The notes: generated by a model from the sequence alone, not told the origin. 64,000 nucleotides of DNA from an uncultured Acidobacteriota bacterium (GCA_963815865.1 CAWFIK010000006.1:284854-348853); one strand, 5' to 3'. Shown: positions 20,646-32,242, numbered from the stretch's first letter. Program-made: numbers and translations.

Positions 20646-21079
20646 CGGCCGAGCTGATGGGCGCCCGGCGCAAGGCGAGGGAGCTCGCCCTTCAGATGCT
20701 CTTCGAGAACGACGTGGCGGGCACCGCGCCGGACGAGATGTTCCGCCGCTCCGCCGATCTCCAGAAGGCGCCCGCCGCGCTGCGCGACTTCACGGAGCGC
20801 CTCGTGCCGGGAACGCTCGCCAACCGCGAGCGATCTGGACGCGATCATCTCGCGGCAGGCGGACCACTGGCGGCTCGCGAGGATGCCGATCGTGGACCGC
20901 AACATCCTCCGCCTGGCCCTCTTCGAGCTGCTGCACGAGCCCTCGACGCCGCGCCCGGTCGTCATCGACGAGGCCCTCGAGATCGCGAAGCGCTTCTCGA
21001 CGCCCCGTCCTCCCAGTTCATCAACGGGATCCTGGACGGCGTCTTGAAGGCGCGCACGGAGGAGGGTCCCGCGGCGTGA
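20642..21079 (+). CDS. nusB: transcription antitermination factor NusB (frameshifted)
   Basis: Contains [34 protein letters not shown] and FINGILD. It has a GTGA overlap with ribH. Confidence 0.8.
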   Translation: MTAELMGARRKARELALQMLFENDVAGTAPDEMFRRSADLQKAPAALRDFTERLVPGTLANRERSGRDHLAAGGPLAAREDADRGPQHPPPGPLRAAARALDAAPGRHRRGPRDREALLDAPSSQFINGILDGVLKARTEEGPAA

Positions 21080-21859
21080 GGCGCGGGCGCGTGCTGGCCG
21101 CTTGTCCTCGGCCTGGCGGCCGGCGTCAGCGCGCGCGCCGGAGCAGGCGGCTCTACCGCGCGTCCGGGGCGGACGCGCGGCTCTTCGATCAGTACGACAA
21201 CGACGGATACTCGCTGGCGGTCGCCGCGGACGAGACGGGCGCGGCTCGAGCTGCGCGTTCGCGTCTCGGACGCTCCTCTGGCGAGCGGCGGCGCCGTTTC
21301 CGACCTCCGCGGCGTCTCGACCCGCTCCACCTGCCGCTCCCGATCGGGACGCCTTCGCCCGAAGCATGCGGCGGGGAGCAGTCGACGCAGGCGGAAGCGG
21401 TGCGGCGCGTGCTCGTCGCCCTGGCGTCGGAGGATCGCGCTACGATCCGGACCGCTTGCGCCGCCAGGATCCCGCCGCCGTCTTCGCCTCGCGCCGCGCG
21501 TACTGCGTCGGGTACGCGGAGCTGGCGGTCGATCTGCTGAGGAGGGTCGGGATCTCCGCGCGGACGGTTCAGGGCGTCCTGCGGACGGATCCGGACGCCG
21601 ACGGCTACGACGCCTCGATCGGCGGCGTCTACCACCGCTGGATCGAGGTCTACTATCCCGATCGCGGGTATGTCTTCTCGGACCCGTCCTCCTCCGTCAA
21701 CGGCGTCGACGCGCGATACATCCCGTTCTCGCGGCGAGCGCTGACACGCCCGAGGGCGCTGACGACTCGCTGCCGATTTCCGTCCTCGGGACAGTTGGTC
21801 GTACCGGCCGGTCCGGGCGGTACGACCATGCCGTGCGCGTGCGCGCCACGACGCCGTAG
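21076..21859 (+). CDS. transglutaminase-like cysteine peptidase domain protein, secreted (frameshifted; 3' end tentative)
   Basis: The signal-like N-terminus is RVLAACLVLGLAAG. The core motifs are RRAYCVGYAELAVDLLR ... YHRWIEVYY ... FSDP (Cys-His-Asp). Confidence 0.55.
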
Positions 21860-21923
21860 GCCGCAGCCCTGCTCGCGGCCGCCCGCGAGCAAGCGAGCCC
21901 GATCGGGTATATTGCCGGGCCTC

Positions 21924-24415
21924 ATGACCGAGAAATACGACCACGCCGCGATCGACGCGAAGTGGCAGCGGCGCTGGGAAGAGGAGCGCGTCGCCTACGT
22001 CGACACCGCCGCCCCCGGGGACAAGTTCTACATGCTCAACATGTTTCCGTATCCCTCGGGGAGCCGGCTGCACGTGGGGCACGGCCGCAACTACATCCTG
22101 GGCGACGCTCTCTACCGCCGCGAGCGGATGGCCGGGCGGCGCGTGCTGAACCCGATGGGATGGGACGCCTTCGGGCTTGCCGGCGGAGAACGCCGCCATC
22201 GCGAGCGGCGTCCATCCCCGCGAGTACACGCTCGCCAACATCGCGCGCATGAAGGAGCAGCTGAAGAGCCTCGGCCTCCTCTACGACTGGTCCAAGGAGC
22301 TCGCCTCCTGCGACCCGCGCTACTACCGCTGGAACCAGTGGCTCTTCCTGCGCATGTGGGAGCGGGGCCTCGCCTACCGCAAGACCGCGCCCGTCAACTG
22401 GTGCCCGGGCTGCCGGACCGTGCTCGCCAACGAGCAGGTCGTGGACGGCCGCTGCGAGCGCTCCGACGACCCGGTCGAGATCCGCGACCTGACGCAGTGG
22501 TTCTTCCGCATCACCGGACTACGCGGAGCGGCTGCTGGCGGGACTCGACGTCGCTCGAATGGTCCGACCGCGTCAAGACGATGCAGCGCAACTGGATCGG
22601 CCGGTCCGAAGGCGCGGAGATCTTGTTCCGCGGTCGAAGGCGCTCGTCCGACCGATCGCCGTCTTCACGACGCGGCCCGACACGCTCTACGGCGCGACGT
22701 TCCTCGCCCTCGCGCCCGAGCATCCCGCCGTCGCGCATGCTGGCCCGGTCTCTGCGAGCGCGCAGAGATCGAAGCGTTCATCGAGCGGGTCCGGCGCGAG
22801 TCGCGCCTCGAGCGCGAGGCGGAGGGCGGCGAGAAGGAGGGGATCGACACGGGTGTCTCCGCGGTGAATCCCGGCACCGGCGAGAAGATCCCCGTCTGGC
22901 TCGCGAACTTCGTCCTGCCCGACTACGGCACCGGCGCGATCATGGGCGTCCCCGCGCACGACGAGCGGGACTTCGAGTTCGCGCGGCGGTACCGGCTGCC
23001 GATCCGCCCGGTCTATCGGACCGAGGCGGGGGAGCCCGATCCGGCGGCGATGACGCAGGCCGATCCCGCACGGCGGCGTCCTCTACCGGTCCGGGCGAGT
23101 GGGACGGGACGCCCAACGGTCCCGAGGCGATCGCGCACGGCGATCGCCTGGATCGAGGGGAAGGGCGTCGGGCAAGGGGAAGGTCGGGTACCGCCTGCGC
23201 GACTGGCTGATCTCGCGCCAGCGCTACTGGGGCACGCCGATTCCCGGCGATCCACTGCCCGGCGTGCGGCGTCGTCCCCGTGCCCGACGCGGATCTGCCG
23301 GTGCTGCTGCCCGAGGACGTGGCGTTCCGAGGGCGCCGAGGGCAATCCGCTCGAGAAGTCCGAAGTCGTTCGTCGCAGGACGGACTGTCCGCGGTGCGGC
23401 GAGCCGGCGCGGCGCGAGACCGACACGATGGACACGTTCGTCGACTCGTCCTGGTACTACCTGCGGTTCCTCAATCCCGACGACGGCGGCCGGATGGTCG
23501 ACTCCGCGCGCGCCGCTCACTGGATGCCCGTGGACCAGTACGTCGGCGGCATCGAGCACGCGATCCTGCACCTCCTCTACGCGCGCTTCATCTGCCGGGT
23601 CTTGAAGGACCTGGGCCTCGTCGACGATCGAGGAGCCGTTTGCCCGCCTCTTCAACCAGGGGATGATCACGAAGCTCAATCCCGCGACCGGCAAGATCGA
23701 GAAGATGTCGAAGTCCCGCGGGAACACCGTCTCTCCGGACGAGCTGATCGCCCGCTTCGGAGCGGACACCGTCCGGCTCTACACGCTCTTCATCGGGCCG
23801 CCCGAGAAAGAGTCCGAGTGGTCCGAGGAGGGGGTCGTCGGCGCCTCGCGGTTCTTCAAGCGCGTCCACGAGCTGTGCGCCCGCGTCGCGGCGGCGCCGG
23901 CGGCGCCGAGCGCGGCCGGCGCGGACTCGCCGCTGCCGCGCCTCGAGCACCGGACGATCCAGCGGGTGACCGAGGACGCCGCGCGCTTCCACTTCCACAC
24001 CGCCGTCGCGGCGCTTGATGGAGTTTCAGCGGGCGATCGCCGACGCGATCGACGCGAAGGGACGGAGACGCCCGCCTCGCTGCGGCGCGCCGCCCGGACG
24101 CTCGTTGCGGCTCCTGCATCCGGTCGCGCCGCACCTGACGCGAGGAGTGGTGGGAGCGCTCGGCGAGAAGGATTCCTCCTCGAGCGCGGCTGGCCGTCTT
24201 CGATCGCGGCGCTCGCGACGGCGCCGCGGGTGACGCTCGTGGTGCAGGTCAACGGAAAGGTCCGCGGGAAGCTCGAGCGTCGAGCGGGGCGCCGAGCCGG
24301 ACGGCGCTGGCCCTCGCTCGCGCGGACGAGAAGATCCGTCCCGTGGGTCGACGGCAAGGAGATCGCGCGCTCGGTCTACGTGCCGGACCGGCTGTTGAAC
24401 CTGGTCGTGCGGTGA
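21924..24415 (+). CDS. leuS: leucine--tRNA ligase (multiple frameshifts)
   Basis: It starts [20 protein letters not shown] and has the HIGH motif (HVGHGRNY) and the KMSKS motif (EKMSKSRGN). It is split over at least 5 ORF fragments. Confidence 0.9.
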
Positions 24416-24443
24416 GGCAACCGGAGAGCCGACGGGAGTCGGA

Positions 24444-24988
24444 ATGAAGACTCCCCACGAATCCTCGTCGGAACTCCTGGGTCGGCGGCTCGCCCTGGCC
24501 GGCGATCGCGACGGGCTGCGGCTACACGCTCGTCGGGCGGACCTCCACGCTGCCCGCGTCCATCCGGGTCATCCACTTCCAGACCCTCGTGAACCGGACG
24601 CCGCGCGTCGGGCGTCGAGCAGCGGCTCTCGCGCGAGATCGCCCGGGAGCTCGCGAGCCGGGGCCGCTTCTCGGTGCAGGCCGGACGGCGGCGGGCGCGG
24701 ACGCGGAGCTGACCGGCGCCGTCACGGGATCTCGACCTGTTCGCCGTCGCGTTCGACGAGCCGGGCCGGGCACAGGGAGTACCAGGTCCGCATCACCGCC
24801 AGCGTGGCGCTGAAGACCCTGCCGGACGAGAAGGTCCTCTGGGAGAACCCGTCCTTACACGTTCCAGGAGAACTACGCGTTCTCGACCAGCGCCGCGTCC
24901 TACGTCGACCGGGAGAACGAGGCGATCGACCGCGTCGGCCGAAAGGTTCGCGGCGAGCCTGGTCTCGAGCCTCCTGGAAGGGTTCTGA
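24444..24988 (+). CDS. lptE: LPS-assembly lipoprotein LptE-like (frameshifted)
   Basis: It has a lipobox ...IATGCGYTLVGR and lies immediately downstream of leuS, as in many diderms. Sequence similarity itself is weak. Confidence 0.6.
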
Positions 24989-25037
24989 ACCTGCCTTGGG
25001 CGAGCGTCCGGGCTCCGGGAATCCGAGACCTGAGTCC

Positions 25038-25299
25038 TTAGACTTTGACCGCCGCTATTTGCCTTGCGGCCCTGGCAAGGCGCGACTTGTAGCGGGCGGC
25101 GGCGTTCTTGTGGATGACGCCCTTCTTCCGGGCCGGTCGATCTCGCCGTAGGTCGCGGGAACCTTCGGTCTGCTCGATGCCTCCGGCGCGCGGTAACATC
25201 TTGAGCGTCGTCCGCAGGCGCGACCGCACGCCGCGATTGCGCGGCTGGCGCTTCGGCGGTCTGCCGCATGCGCTTCTCCGCGGACTTGATGTTCGCCAT
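25038..25299 (-). CDS. rpsT: 30S ribosomal protein S20 (one frameshift near 25250)
   Basis: MANIKSAEKRMRQ joined to ...RNRGVRSRLRTTLK...KGVIHKNAAARYKSRLA across two frames. Confidence 0.85.
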
Positions 25300-25390
25300 G
25301 TCGTCCTCTCTTCTCGATCGTCTTGATTGCGGTCCATCGCCGCGCGGCTCGCCATCATCGCAAGTCGGACCCGCCGCTCGCTCTTCCGAG

Positions 25391-26266
25391 CTATCTCGCC
25401 TCGATACCGAGGGTCTTCAGCCGGGCGCGGGCGAGGCGCGCCTCTTCGGCGGACGGGTATTCGTGGATGACGTACTGAAGCTGCGACGACCGCCTTCGGC
25501 CTTCTGGCCGAGCTCGAGCAGCGCGTACCCCTTCTTGAGGAGCGCGGCGGCGGCCTTGTCGCTTCGCGGCCAGATCTTCAGGAGCTGTCGAAGTCGGCGA
25601 TGGCCTCGCTTGTAGCTTCTTCTGCGCGTAGTGCGACTCGCCGATCCAGTACTGCGCGTTGTCGGAAAGGTCCGTGTTGGGATAGGCTGCCAGGTACTCC
25701 TGGAAGCCCTGGATCGGCGAGCGCGTAACGCCCCTTGCTGTAGTCGCCGTAGGCCGTGTCGTAGAGCTCCGCCGGGGGCGGGTGTCCGCCGGCCGGTCGC
25801 GGCCGGACGGCGCGTACGACGACGTCCGGGCGGACGTCCGCGGGCTGTCCCGGCGCCGGCGCGGGAGCGGCCCGGCGGCCCGCCCGGGGAGACGGTGCGC
25901 AGCCGCGCCAGATCGCCCTGCGTCTCGGCGATCTGCTGGGAGAGCTGGGAGAGGCGCCGGTTGGTGTCCTCGAGCTTCGCCTCGAGCTGCTCCATCTTGG
26001 CCGTCAGCTCTCCAGCTTCACGCCCGTGTCCGCGTTGGATTTCAGGAGCTGCTGCGGTCTGCTGGGAGACGTTGGTGTTGAGCTTGGCGACCTCTTCCTT
26101 GCTCGACGACTTGCGCTCGAGCGGCCTGGATCTCCTTCTCGATGTCGTTCATCTGCCGGTGGAGCCCGTCGATGTCGTCGGAGGAGACGCACGCCGCTCC
26201 GCAGCAGCGCCGGGGGAGCAGCCGCGAGCCGGCGGCGAGTGCCGGGGGACGCCGGAGCAGGGTCAC
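25391..26266 (-). CDS. ybgF: Tol-Pal system protein YbgF/CpoB (frameshifted)
   Basis: It has an N-terminal coiled coil (DGLHRQMNDIEKEIQ...) and a TPR region containing YPNTDLSDNAQYWIGESHYA. It lies downstream of pal. Confidence 0.75.
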
Positions 26267-26839
26267 GGCCGTGAACAGGAAGTGGGCGCGGCGGTTCTGC
26301 TGCCAGCAGTCCTCGGTGGACTCGGTTGCAGAACGGGCGCTCCTTGCCGTAGGAGACCGTCCGGACGCGCGAAGCGTCCACGCCGAGCGAGACGAGGTAT
26401 TCCTTCGCGGCGTTGGCGCGCCGGTCGCCCAGCGCGAGGTTGTACTCGGACGTCCCGCGCTCGTCGCAATGCCCCTCGATCAGGAACTGGATCGTCCGGT
26501 ACTTCTTGAGCCAGTCCGCGTCCGCGGCCAGCGCCGTGCGCGCGTCGTCGCGCAGGTCGGCCTTGTCGTAGTCGAAGAACGCGTCCTTCAGGTAGCCGCT
26601 TCGGCGTTGATATCCCGCGACGTCGGCCAGGGGGCTCCTGTTTCCACCGAACCCGGCGCGGTCGTCGTGGGCGGCGGCACACCTCGGTCGTCGCGGCTGC
26701 CGGCTGGGCGCTTCGGCGGGGCTTGGCCCCCCGGTGGTCTTCGGAGGGCTTCTTCTTGCATGCCGTCGACCAGACGAAGCATTCCGGCGAGCAGGAATGC
26801 GAGGAGGATCAACCCGGTCCGTTTCGTCATCATTGCCAT
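26263..26839 (-). CDS. pal: peptidoglycan-associated lipoprotein Pal (OmpA-like; frameshifted)
   Basis: It has a signal/lipoprotein N-terminus and the OmpA_C motifs IEGHCDERGTSEYNLALGDRRANAAKEYL. Confidence 0.82.
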
Positions 26840-26962
26840 CTCCTTGGTGGGTTAATCGCCTCATCCACGCTTGCGTTTCCGCGTTGCGTCGCGAGAAGCG
26901 ATCGAATATAGCAGATCGTCGCGTTTCGCGCCGCGGCGGACCGGATCGACAAACTGAAGAGA

Positions 26963-28288
26963 TCACGGGAGTCCACACCGGCTGCATGTTGTTGGACCGC
27001 GTTCGGTCAGCACCGCTTGTTCTCTCCGTCGGCGTCCATGGTGTAGATCTGGGTCGAGCCCCGCGTCGGCGGACTGGTACACGATCTTCTCGCCGTCGGG
27101 CGACCAGCCGGGGTGGCCGTTGGATCCTTCGGAGGTGAGCTGGACGGTGCTTCCGGTCGCGACGTCCATGACGCAGATGTTGAAGTCCCCTTCGTTGCGG
27201 CACGCGAACGCGATCTTCGATCCGTCCTTGGGCGACCAGGTCCCCTCGTCGTTCCAGTTGCCGGCGAAGGTCACGCGGCGCGCGTCTCGTGCCCTCCGCG
27301 TCCATGACCCAGATCTGCGGCGTGCCGGTCTGGTCGGACGTGTAGAGGATCTGCCGCCCGGTGGGGGACCAGTCCGGGCGAGGCCTCGAGGGCGTGCGTC
27401 ATCGTGAGCCGCCGCAGGCCGCGCCCGCTCGTGCCGGCGACGTAGATGTCCGCGTTCCCTTGCGCCGAGCCGGCGAAGGCGATCTGCGATCCGTCGGGGG
27501 AGAGCGCCGGCGAGGCGTTCAACTCGAGGCCGGTCGACATCTCCCGCTGGCCGCTGCCGTCCGCATTCATCATCCAGATCTGCGGGAAACGCTGTGACGT
27601 AGCTCGTGAAGACGATCTCCCGCCGCGCGCGTCGGGGTTCATCGCCAGCGAATTGATGGGACGTCAGCCGCGCGGATTTCGCCCGTCGAAATCCATCGCG
27701 TAGATGCTCCTTGGCGCCGTCCCGGTCGGAGACGAAGACGATCGTCGAGAGGAAGACGCTCCGGTCTTCCCGTCAGCTCCTTGAGGAGGTCGTTGGCGAG
27801 GGTGTGGGCGATCCGTTCGACATACGACACGCCGCCGCTGATACCGCCGGCCGAGAACGAGCTTGCGCGACTTCAGGTCCCAGACCCTCGCCTCGACGGA
27901 CACGCGGTCGCCCGCGACCTCCGCCCGGGTGTCGACCAGGACTCGGCGCCGGTGCCGCAGCCAGCGGTCGGCGGTCTCCGCGCGTCGTTGACGTCTCGGG
28001 AGCCGGAGGGGTAGTGCGCCGGGTCCGCGATCACGAAGAGGCCCGAGTACTCGAGATCCGAGCGCAGCGTCGCGGTGAAGGGGTCCGAGATCTTCGACTG
28101 GACCGCGGGCAATCCCGGACGCGGAGAGGGGCGGGACGGCGACCGGCGATCCCTTCCGGCCGGCCTCTTGTCCGAATCGTGAGCACCATCCGCCTGGCCG
28201 GGGCGGAGGCGTCGGGCTGGGGGGCCTGGGCGCTGGCAGCCGGCCGCGAGCGAGAGAAGCCGCGAGGAGCGGCCGCGAAGCGATGCAT
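26963..28288 (-). CDS. tolB: Tol-Pal system beta-propeller protein TolB (many frameshifts)
   Basis: Repeated SPDG blades are present (WSPDGEKIVY, LSPDGSQIAF, WSPKDGSKIAF). The N-terminal domain contains LRSDLEYSGLF. Confidence 0.82.
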
Positions 28289-28294
28289 CGGTTC

Positions 28295-29053
28295 TCATTC
28301 GAAGATCAGGTGGACGCCGAGGAGGCGGCCAGCGAACTCTGCGGAAGCGGCAGCGAGCGGGGACGAGGCGATCACGGCCCGCAGCGCGGCCCGGTCGACG
28401 ATATGGCAAACCGCTCGATCGCTCCACCTGAGGGTCGCTGATCGTCCCGTCCCGCTCGATCCGGAAGCGGATCACGGGAGAGATCGGAACGGATTCGGCC
28501 GGCTTGAACCAGTTCGTCCCGATCGTGACGAGCATCCGCTCGACGTAGTACGAATAGTTGAAGTCCGGCTGATCGAACGTGGCGCCGCCGACGCCGACGT
28601 TGCCGCCGGTCCCCACGGGGCCGCCCGTCCCCGGCCGGGCCTCCGCGGGCGCCGGGGCGGCCGCTGAGAGCGGGGGAGAAGACGTCTTCGACGGCGGTCC
28701 CGGAACCGAGGGCTTCTTCTTCTTTTCCTTCTCCTTGGAGGGGAGAAGCTTCGCCTTCTTGACGGTGGCGGCGGGGGCTCCTCCGGCGGGCGGGCTTCAG
28801 GATCTTCGGTTTCTCCGGTGCCTTCTCCGGGACCTCCGCGGGCGGCGCGCCGCCGGTCAGCGTCCCGGCCTGGATCAGCCGGACGTTGACGGCGCGCGGC
28901 GTGACGAAACGCGCTGGCCTGTGGAGGGCCGAGATCACGAGCATCGCGGCGACGGCGGCGTGCAGGAGCAGCGCCGAGCGACGTTCCCATCGCCCAGGGA
29001 AGTGTCGCTGCGCTCTCTGCCGGCAAGAACGTCTCCGACGGCATCCATGCCAT
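28295..29053 (-). CDS. TolA / TonB-family energy-transducer protein (frameshifted)
   Basis: It has an N-terminal TM helix, a Pro/Lys-rich linker and a TonB_C-like domain (YYVERMLVTIGTNWFKP...IRFRIERDGTISD). Its start overlaps the tolR stop (TAATG). Confidence 0.7.
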
Positions 29054-29490
29054 TACCTGGCGGCGGCTTTCTTCGAGCCGGACGTGTCCGTGATGAACCC
29101 GAGGCTCTCGATCCCCATGCGATTCAAGACATCCAGCGTTTCGACCACGGTCCCGACCGACAGGGCCCGGTCCGCCTTGAGGAACACCGTCCGGTCCTTG
29201 CGGGTCCGAAGGAACGCATTGAGCCGATCCTGGAGCAAACCCCGCGCCACCGGCGTCTCGTTGATGTAGTAGCGGCCGTCGCGCGTGATGGAGAGGATGA
29301 TCGGGTCCTCGACGCTCGAAGGAAGATTCGTCGTCGCCGTCTTGGGAAGCGCGACCGAGACGCCCTGGTGGAGCATCGGCGCGGTGACCATGAAGATGAT
29401 CAGGAGCACGAGCATCACGTCCACCAGCGGCGTGACGTTGATGTCCGCCAGGTGGTCGTAGGGGTCTCCGGCCGTTCGGTGGAAAGCCAT
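29053..29490 (-). CDS. tolR: biopolymer transport protein ExbD/TolR
   Basis: Intact 145 aa containing INVTPLVDVMLVLLIIFMV. Confidence 0.9.
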   Translation of the reverse strand: MAFHRTAGDPYDHLADINVTPLVDVMLVLLIIFMVTAPMLHQGVSVALPKTATTNLPSSVEDPIILSITRDGRYYINETPVARGLLQDRLNAFLRTRKDRTVFLKADRALSVGTVVETLDVLNRMGIESLGFITDTSGSKKAAAR

Positions 29491-29496
29491 GGAGTC

Positions 29497-29585
29497 GTTA
29501 GGCGGCAGGCGTTAGGCGTGAGGCCGGGACCGGCAGGCTCCGATTGCTTCGCCTCACGCCTTGCGCCTCACCCCTTACGCCTTAC
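29497..29585. repeat. heptad-repeat hairpin element, GNNAGGC type
   Basis: The arm reads GTTAGGC GGCAGGC GTTAGGC GTGAGGC. GGCGTGAGGC (29515-29524) pairs perfectly with GCCTCACGCC (29551-29560). It fills the tolQ-tolR spacer. Confidence 0.75.
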
Positions 29586-29590
29586 GACCA

Positions 29591-30355
29591 TCAGGTGAAG
29601 TTCCTCTCCGCCAGATTGATGAACTCCAGCGCGAAATCCTCCATTCCCGCCCGCTGCTCTCGTATCTTGCCCATGAAGTAGTTGTAGAAGATGAGCGCGG
29701 GGATCGCGGCGGCGAGGCCGGCCGCCGTGTTGACGAGGGCCTCGGAGATTCCGGGGGCGACCGCGGCGATCGAGGTCGATCCGGTCTGGCCGATGGCCCG
29801 GAACGACTGCATGATGCCCCAGACCGTCCCGAAGAGGCCGATGAAGGGGCAGGCCGAGGCGGTGGTGGCGAGAAACGTCATGTTCTTCGTCAGGCGGGAG
29901 ACCTCGATGCCGATCGCCCGCTCCAGGGCTCGCTCCACCCCCGAGATGTTCTTGATCAGCAGCTTCCCGGCCTGCACGGCGGGCGGCTGCATGGCGATCG
30001 TGGTCACGGGAGACTCCTCCGGCCGGACCGCCTTGATCTGCGCGTCGAGCTCCGCGTATCCCGCCTTGAAGAGGGTCGTCAAGGGGGTATCGGTCAGCTG
30101 GCCGGCGATCGTATTGACCTCGGAGAAGCGCTTCGACTTGCGGAAGAACGCCACGAACTTGTCCGACTGGCGGGAGATCCTGGCGAGCTTCAGGAATTTT
30201 GCGAAGATGATGATCCAGGAGATGAGCGAAAACAGGAGAAGGATGCCCAGGACGACCTTGGCAGTGAGGCTGGTTTCGCGAAAGAAGACGACGAACGGAT
30301 CGTTGCCCCCGGGCAGGTTTTCCGCCCGCACGGGCTGAAGCAGGGCCGCCATCAT
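29591..30355 (-). CDS. tolQ: MotA/TolQ/ExbB proton channel protein
   Basis: Intact. I trimmed it to the MMAALLQP start. It has three TM helices and a conserved C-terminal TolQ region (GLFGTVWGIM). Confidence 0.9.
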   Translation of the reverse strand: MMAALLQPVRAENLPGGNDPFVVFFRETSLTAKVVLGILLLFSLISWIIIFAKFLKLARISRQSDKFVAFFRKSKRFSEVNTIAGQLTDTPLTTLFKAGYAELDAQIKAVRPEESPVTTIAMQPPAVQAGKLLIKNISGVERALERAIGIEVSRLTKNMTFLATTASACPFIGLFGTVWGIMQSFRAIGQTGSTSIAAVAPGISEALVNTAAGLAAAIPALIFYNYFMGKIREQRAGMEDFALEFINLAERNFT

Positions 30356-30431
30356 CGTTTTGCACCGTAACATACAGCATTCGGAAGCGTCAAAGGGAAT
30401 GGAGAGGAGAGGAGAGCGCGTTGTGCTGCGC

Positions 30432-32242
30432 ATGAGGAACCTGTCCCGCGTCGTGGCGGCGCGCTTGTGCCGTGCTCGCGCTCCACTCCTGGTCCGTCGC
30501 GGCCCAGCCCTTCGACATCCTGCCCGAGGAGCAGATCGTGGCGGGAATGAAAGGGTACGGCGTGACCGACATGGGAGACGGGAAGGGGATCCAGCGGTTC
30601 GACGTCGAGATCCTCGGCTTGCTCAAGCGCTACGCGCCGGGGCAGGACCTGATCCTCGGCCGCGTCTCCGGCATCGGGCTCGAGAAGGCCGGGATCATCG
30701 CGGGAATGAGCGGCAGCCCGATCTACGTCGATGGCAAGCTCGTGGGCGCGCTCGCGTACGGCTGGCCGTTCTCCAAGGACCCGATCTGCGGCATCACGCC
30801 GATCCAGAGCATGCTCGACATCCGGCATGCGCCCGCGGCCCCTCCGGTTCCGATCGGCGGATCGGCCTCTTCGACCGGAGCTCTGCTCGCCGCGTTCTCC
30901 TCCGGGCACTTCAGCCGACCGGATGGAGGGCGCTATTGAAGCCCTTCGAGGCCACGTCGTCGGGCACGCTCGCCGCCCTGCCTCTTCCCGTCTCCTTCGG
31001 AGGAGCACTCCGGCCCGGCGGTCTCTTCCATCGCATCGCCGAGGCATCGAACTGGATGGCGGTGCCGTCGGGAACGCGCCGCGGGCAAGCCTGCGGCGCG
31101 CGCCGTCGCCGTTACTCCCCGGGCTCAGCCGTCGCGACGCAGCTGCTCTCGGGCGACATGGACCTGTCGGCAACCGGCACGGTGACCTGGGTCGAGGGGA
31201 ACTCGGTGCTCGCCTTCGGTCATCCCTTTCTGTCGATGGGTCCGGTCTCGATGCCGATGACCCAGGCGCAGGTCCTGACAGTCCTCCCCTCCCTCTTCCG
31301 CTCCTTCAAGTTCGCGGCGACCGGGCCCGTGCTCGGCTCGATCACGCAGGACCGCTCCACCGGCATCCTCGGAACCTTCGGGACGCACGCCCCGATGGTC
31401 CCGATCACGGTCCGGATCTCCTCCGACCAGATCCCGTCGCAGGCCTACCACTTCCAGGCGGTTCACAACTCGATGCTGACTCCGATCCTGACGGCCATCG
31501 CGATCGACAACGTTCTGACGACTCTGGAGAAGCGAAGCGGAGAGCGCACGCTCGTCTGGAAGTCGTCGATCCGGACGCCCGGGCGCAACGTCCGCTGGGA
31601 TTCCGTCTTCTCCGGGTTGACCGCCCGCGAGGAGGCCGTGGCCTCCCTCGCCCTCCTGACGAATTACCTGATGGCCAATGAATTCCACGACCTGACGATC
31701 CTCGGGGTGGACGTCGAGATCACGCACTCGGACCGGCTGAAAGGCGCCCGGATCGTCCACGTCGAAGCGCAGAAGGAGAGCGTCCACCCGGGCGACGAAG
31801 TCCCCGTCTGGGTGGACATCGTGGATTTCCGCGGGAGCCCCCGTCGAGTGGTCCTGGACCTGAAGGTCGCGCCCGACACGCCGCCGGGACCGCTGACGGT
31901 CTTCGTCGGAGACGGCTCGGCCGCCACGGCCTACGACCTGGCGCTCGTGCCGCCGGATCCGCAGTCGCTCGACCAGGTGCTGGACTTCCTGGCGCGCGTG
32001 CGGCCGCCCAACAGCCTGAACCTCCTCGCCTACCGGTCGGCGCCGGGGGCGGTCGTGGCCGGAGATGCGCTGCAGGGGCTGCCGCCGAGCGTCGCGACGA
32101 TCCTGCGCGATCGCGGCCCGGGCGAGGCCTCGACGCCGGAGCTTTCGCTACGTCCGCCTCCAGTCGGATGTCGGTGGAGCAGCCGACTCCGGTCAACGGC
32201 TCGGTGCGGCTGCGGATCGACGTCAAGCCGAGAATGTGGTGA
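30432..32242 (+). CDS. secreted SpoIVB/peptidase S55-like serine peptidase domain protein (about 600 aa; frameshifted)
   Basis: It has a signal peptide, and GIIAGMSGSPIYVDGKLVGALAYGW matches the SpoIVB catalytic-Ser region. The long C-terminal region is uncharacterised. Confidence 0.65.

Noticed and set aside
10970-28700. Reading the many interrupted genes as a genuine pseudogene-rich, decaying genome region.
   Set aside because: The broken genes include several that are indispensable (leuS, bamA, lpxA, fabZ, prfB, rpsT). The lesions I could localise are at homopolymer runs. Reading frames are otherwise perfectly conserved, with no stop-codon accumulation. Sequencing or assembly indels are the more economical explanation.
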